The notes beneath the pieces were generated by a model, which was not told the origin of the DNA, made no database searches, and saw nothing but the letters and a program-made list of their open reading frames with translations. Made by a program: the position numbers and the translations under genes. Of a DNA stretch of 64,000 nucleotides, positions 58,701 through 64,000 are shown piece by piece (the stretch's first letter is position 1; every line of letters begins with the position of its first letter). This DNA comes from Penicillus capitatus (Eukaryota; Plantae; Chlorophyta): contig OZ287703.1 of assembly GCA_965649825.1 (NCBI GenBank), positions 1,204,740-1,268,739 on the forward strand, read 5' to 3'.

Positions 58701-61700
58701 GTTGATTTACCCTTTTGAGTTCACGAGCACGTTACTACATGGGGGTAAGCCGTCCTAATCCAACATAGAGGATGTTCGAAGAGGAGGATCGAAGATATTG
58801 GAAGCTAACCGCCGGGGCCTGAAGTTGATTTACCCTTTTGAGTTCATGAGCACGTTCTATATTGGATGTAGAGGATATTCGAAGTGGAGGATCGAAGAAA
58901 TTGGAAGCTAACCGCCGGGGCCTGAAGTTGATTTACCCTTTTGAGTTCACGAGCACGTTACTACATGGGGGTAAGCCGTCCTAATCCAACATAGAGGATG
59001 TTCGAAGAGGAGGATCGAAGATATTGGAAGCTAACCGCCGGGGCCTGAAGTTGATTTACCCTTTTGAGTTCATGAGCACGTTCTATATTGGATGTAGAGG
59101 ATATTCGAAGTGGAGGATCGAAGAAATTGGAAGCTAACCGCCGGGGCCTGAAGTTGATTTACCCTTTTGAGTTCACGAGCACGTTACTACATGGGGGTAA
59201 GCCGTCCTAATCCAACATAGAGGATGTTCGAAGAGGAGGATCGAAGATATTGGAAGCTAACCGCCGGGGCCTGAAGTTGATTTACCCTTTTGAGTTCATG
59301 AGCACGTTCTATATTGGATGTAGAGGATATTCGAAGTGGAGGATCGAAGAAATTGGAAGCTAACCGCCGGGGCCTGAAGTTGATTTACCCTTTTGAGTTC
59401 ACGAGCACGTTACTACATGGGGGTAAGCCGTCCTAATCCAACATAGAGGATGTTCGAAGAGGAGGATCGAAGATATTGGAAGCTAACCGCCGGGGCCTGA
59501 AGTTGATTTACCCTTTTGAGTTCATGAGCACGTTCTATATTGGATGTAGAGGATATTCGAAGTGGAGGATCGAAGAAATTGGAAGCTAACCGCCGGGGCC
59601 TGAAGTTGATTTACCCTTTTGAGTTCACGAGCACGTTACTACATGGGGGTAAGCCGTCCTAATCCAACATAGAGGATGTTCGAAGAGGAGGATCGAAGAT
59701 ATTGGAAGCTAACCGCCGGGGCCTGAAGTTGATTTACCCTTTTGAGTTCATGAGCACGTTCTATATTGGATGTAGAGGATATTCGAAGTGGAGGATCGAA
59801 GAAATTGGAAGCTAACCGCCGGGGCCTGAAGTTGATTTACCCTTTTGAGTTCACGAGCACGTTACTACATGGGGGTAAGCCGTCCTAATCCAACATAGAG
59901 GATGTTCGAAGAGGAGGATCGAAGATATTGGAAGCTAACCGCCGGGGCCTGAAGTTGATTTACCCTTTTGAGTTCATGAGCACGTTCTATATTGGATGTA
60001 GAGGATGTTCGAAGTGGAGGATCGAAGAAATTGGAAGCTAACCGCCGGGGCCTGAAGTTGATTTACCCTTTTGAGTTCACGAGCACGTTACTACATGGGG
60101 GTAAGCCGTCCTAATCCAACATAGAGGATGTTCGAAGAGGAGGATCGAAGATATTGGAAGCTAACCGCCGGGGCCTGAAGTTGATTTACCCTTTTGAGTT
60201 CATGAGCACGTTCTATATTGGATGTAGAGGATGTTCGAAGTGGAGGATCGAAGAAATTGGAAGCTAACCGCCGGGGCCTGAAGTTGATTTACCCTTTTGA
60301 GTTCACGAGCACGTTACTACATGGGGGTAAGCCGTCCTAATCCAACATAGAGGATGTTCGAAGAGGAGGATCGAAGATATTGGAAGCTAACCGCCGGGGC
60401 CTGAAGTTGATTTACCCTTTTGAGTTCATGAGCACGTTCTATATTGGATGTAGAGGATATTCGAAGTGGAGGATCGAAGAAATTGGAAGCTAACCGCCGG
60501 GGCCTGAAGTTGATTTACCCTTTTGAGTTCACGAGCACGTTACTACATGGGGGTAAGCCGTCCTAATCCAACATAGAGGATGTTCGAAGAGGAGGATCGA
60601 AGATATTGGAAGCTAACCGCCGGGGCCTGAAGTTGATTTACCCTTTTGAGTTCATGAGCACGTTCTATATTGGATGTAGAGGATGTTCGAAGTGGAGGAT
60701 CGAAGAAATTGGAAGCTAACCGCCGGGGCCTGAAGTTGATTTACCCTTTTGAGTTCACGAGCACGTTACTACATGGGGGTAAGCCGTCCTAATCCAACAT
60801 AGAGGATGTTCGAAGAGGAGGATCGAAGATATTGGAAGCTAACCGCCGGGGCCTGAAGTTGATTTACCCTTTTGAGTTCATGAGCACGTTCTATATTGGA
60901 TGTAGAGGATATTCGAAGTGGAGGATCGAAGAAATTGGAAGCTAACCGCCGGGGCCTGAAGTTGATTTACCCTTTTGAGTTCACGAGCACGTTACTACAT
61001 GGGGGTAAGCCGTCCTAATCCAACATAGAGGATGTTCGAAGAGGAGGATCGAAGAAATTGGAAGCTAACCGCCGGGGCCTGAAGTTGATTTACCCTTTTG
61101 AGTTCATGAGCACGTTCTATATTGGATGTAGAGGATATTCGAAGTGGAGGATCGAAGAAATTGGAAGCTAACCGCCGGGGCCTGAAGTTGATTTACCCTT
61201 TTGAGTTCACGAGCACGTTACTACATGGGGGTAAGCCGTCCTAATCCAACATAGAGGATGTTCGAAGAGGAGGATCGAAGATATTGGAAGCTAACCGCCG
61301 GGGCCTGAAGTTGATTTACCCTTTTGAGTTCATGAGCACGTTCTATATTGGATGTAGAGGATATTCGAAGTGGAGGATCGAAGAAATTGGAAGCTAACCG
61401 CCGGGGCCTGAAGTTGATTTACCCTTTTGAGTTCACGAGCACGTTACTACATGGGGGTAAGCCGTCCTAATCCAACATAGAGGATGTTCGAAGAGGAGGA
61501 TCGAAGATATTGGAAGCTAACCGCCGGGGCCTGAAGTTGATTTACCCTTTTGAGTTCATGAGCACGTTCTATATTGGATGTAGAGGATATTCGAAGTGGA
61601 GGATCGAAGAAATTGGAAGCTAACCGCCGGGGCCTGAAGTTGATTTACCCTTTTGAGTTCACGAGCACGTTACTACATGGGGGTAAGCCGTCCTAATCCA

Positions 61701-62655
61701 ACATAGAGGATGTTCGAAGAGGAGGATCGAAGATATTGGAAGCTAACCGCCGGGGCCTGAAGTTGATTTACCCTTTTGAGTTCATGAGCACGTTCTATAT
61801 TGGATGTAGAGGATATTCGAAGTGGAGGATCGAAGAAATTGGAAGCTAACCGCCGGGGCCTGAAGTTGATTTACCCTTTTGAGTTCACGAGCACGTTACT
61901 ACATGGGGGTAAGCCGTCCTAATCCAACATAGAGGATGTTCGAAGAGGAGGATCGAAGATATTGGAAGCTAACCGCCGGGGCCTGAAGTTGATTTACCCT
62001 TTTGAGTTCATGAGCACGTTCTATATTGGATGTAGAGGATATTCGAAGTGGAGGATCGAAGAAATTGGAAGCTAACCGCCGGGGCCTGAAGTTGATTTAC
62101 CCTTTTGAGTTCACGAGCACGTTACTACATGGGGGTAAGCCGTCCTAATCCAACATAGAGGATGTTCGAAGAGGAGGATCGAAGATATTGGAAGCTAACC
62201 GCCGGGGCCTGAAGTTGATTTACCCTTTTGAGTTCATGAGCACGTTCTATATTGGATGTAGAGGATATTCGAAGTGGAGGATCGAAGAAATTGGAAGCTA
62301 ACCGCCGGGGCCTGAAGTTGATTTACCCTTTTGAGTTCACGAGCACGTTACTACATGGGGGTAAGCCGTCCTAATCCAACATAGAGGATGTTCGAAGAGG
62401 AGGATCGAAGATATTGGAAGCTAACCGCCGGGGCCTGAAGTTGATTTACCCTTTTGAGTTCATGAGCACGTTCTATATTGGATGTAGAGGATATTCGAAG
62501 TGGAGGATCGAAGAAATTGGAAGCTAACCGCCGGGGCCTGAAGTTGATTTACCCTTTTGAGTTCACGAGCACGTTACTACATGGGGGTAAGCCGTCCTAA
62601 TCCAACATAGAGGATGTTCGAAGAGGAGGATCGAAGATATTGGAAGCTAACCGCC
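55693..62655. repeat. Satellite family AB: 103-bp (A) and 123-bp (B) monomers, mostly a 226-bp AB dimer (about 32 A and 30 B)
   Basis: A starts at 55713, 55939, 56042, then 56145 + n x 226 to 62473. Shared body GAGGAT(G/A)TTCGAAG..TAACCGCCGGGGCCTGAAGTTGATTTACCCTTTTGAGTTCA(C/T)GAGCACGTT. Confidence 0.98.
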
Positions 62656-64000
62656 AGGCCCTGAAGTTGATTTACCCTTACATGTTCAAGAGCACGTTCT
62701 ATGTAAGGTATCGAGGATGTTCAAAACGGAGAACACAGGATATTGGATGCTAACCGCCAGGCCCTGAAGTTGATTTACCCTTACATGTTCAAGAGCACGT
62801 GGTAAATGGGATGTAGAGGATGTTCAAAACGGAGAACAGAGGATATTGGATGCTAACCGCCAGGCCCTGAAGTTGATTTACCCTTACATGTTCAAGAGCA
62901 CGTTCTATGTAAGGTATCGAGGATGTTCAAATCGGAGAACACAGGATATTGGATGCTAACCGCCAGGCCCTGAAGTTGATTTACCCTTACATGTTCAAGA
63001 GCACGTGGTAAATGGGATGTAGAGGATGTTCAAAACGGAGAACAGAGGATATTGGATGCTAACCGCCAGGCCCTGAAGTTGATTTACCCTTACATGTTCA
63101 AGAGCACGTTCTATGTAAGGTATCGAGGATGTTCAAAACGGAGAACACAGGATATTGGAGGCTAACCGCCAGGCCCTGAAGTTGATTTACCCTTACATGT
63201 TCAAGAGCACGTTCTATGTAAGGTATCGAGGATGTTCAAAACGGAGAACACAGGATATTGGAGGCTAACCGCCAGGCCCTGAAGTTGATTTACCCTTACA
63301 TGTTCAAGAGCACGTGGTAAATGGGATGTAGAGGATGTTCAAAACGGAGAACAGAGGATATTGGATGCTAACCGCCAGGCCCTGAAGTTGATTTACCCTT
63401 ACATGTTCAAGAGCACGTGGTAAATGGGATGTAGAGGATGTTCAAAACGGAGAACAGAGGATATTGGATGCTAACCGCCAGGCCCTGAAGTTGATTTACC
63501 CTTACATGTTCAAGAGCACGTTCTATGTAAGGTATCGAGGATGTTCAAAACGGAGAACACAGGATATTGGATGCTAACCGCCAGGCCCTGAAGTTGATTT
63601 ACCCTTACATGTTCAAGAGCACGTGGTAAATGGGATGTAGAGGATGTTCAAAACGGAGAACAGAGGATATTGGATGCTAACCGCCAGGCCCTGAAGTTGA
63701 TTTACCCTTACATGTTCAAGAGCACGTTCTATGTAAGGTATCGAGGATGTTCAAAACGGAGAACACAGGATATTGGAGGCTAACCGCCAGGCCCTGAAGT
63801 TGATTTACCCTTACATGTTCAAGAGCACGTGGTAAATGGGATGTAGAGGATGTTCAAAACGGAGAACAGAGGATATTGGATGCTAACCGCCAGGCCCTGA
63901 AGTTGATTTACCCTTACATGTTCAAGAGCACGTTCTATGTAAGGTATCGAGGATGTTCAAAACGGAGAACACAGGATATTGGATGCTAACCGCCAGGCCC
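62656..64000. repeat. Satellite family CD: two 103-bp variants in irregular order (C,D,C,D,C,C,D,D,C,D,C,D,C), continuing off the window
   Basis: Body TAACCGCCAGGCCCTGAAGTTGATTTACCCTTACATGTTCAAGAGCACGT, 103-bp period; collinear with AB but clearly diverged. Confidence 0.98.

Noticed and set aside
55693-64000. CRISPR array
   Set aside because: Eukaryotic context, no cas genes, constant part about 88 bp, and only four spacer-like variants reused periodically. This is a satellite.
55693-64000. Canonical telomere repeats
   Set aside because: No TTTAGGG or TTAGGG tracts; TTTACCC/GGGTAA occur only as isolated motifs within monomers.
62700-64000. tRNA/SINE or Pol III units (GTTCAAAAC B-box-like; GTTCGAA T-loop-like in AB)
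   Set aside because: No convincing A-box, T-stem or cloverleaf, and no oligo-T terminator in a fitting position.

Overview
Eukaryotic nuclear DNA, most likely a compact-genome green alga (Chlorophyta; inferred from plant-type YKT6, SRT1, four-MA3 PDCD4, U-box/ARM, copine and CRTISO-like genes, 40-70 nt spliceosomal introns, TGTAA poly(A)-like signals and a probable flagellar protein). The standard code is in use, since genes end in TAA, TAG and TGA. Four zones. (1) 1-33 kb: densely packed housekeeping genes with very short intergenic gaps. (2) 33-44.3 kb: a rearranged mosaic of intron-containing, truncated host-gene fragments (MnmE/TrmE, villin, TRM61, VPS72/YL1), an apparently intact copine, an orphan two-exon gene, a Ty3/gypsy pol fragment and mixed 398/591-bp repeats. 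(3) 44353-49252: an intact, very young 4.9-kb Ty3/gypsy LTR retrotransposon with identical 182-bp LTRs, inserted at the left edge of about 11 copies of a 591-bp chimeric macrosatellite that carries an RT fragment (49253-55710). (4) 55.7-64 kb: a G-rich 103/123-bp satellite with a 226-bp dimeric higher-order repeat that switches abruptly to a second 103-bp subfamily and runs off the window. The most striking unexplained pattern is that all satellite variants share a constant body and differ mainly in a 15-35 nt segment starting right after GAGCACGT, which is usually complementary to the repeat's own upstream ATTTACCCTT motif. The same satellite motif caps two independent truncations of the pol fragment. 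Gene boundaries were read by eye and are approximate. No database searches were run.
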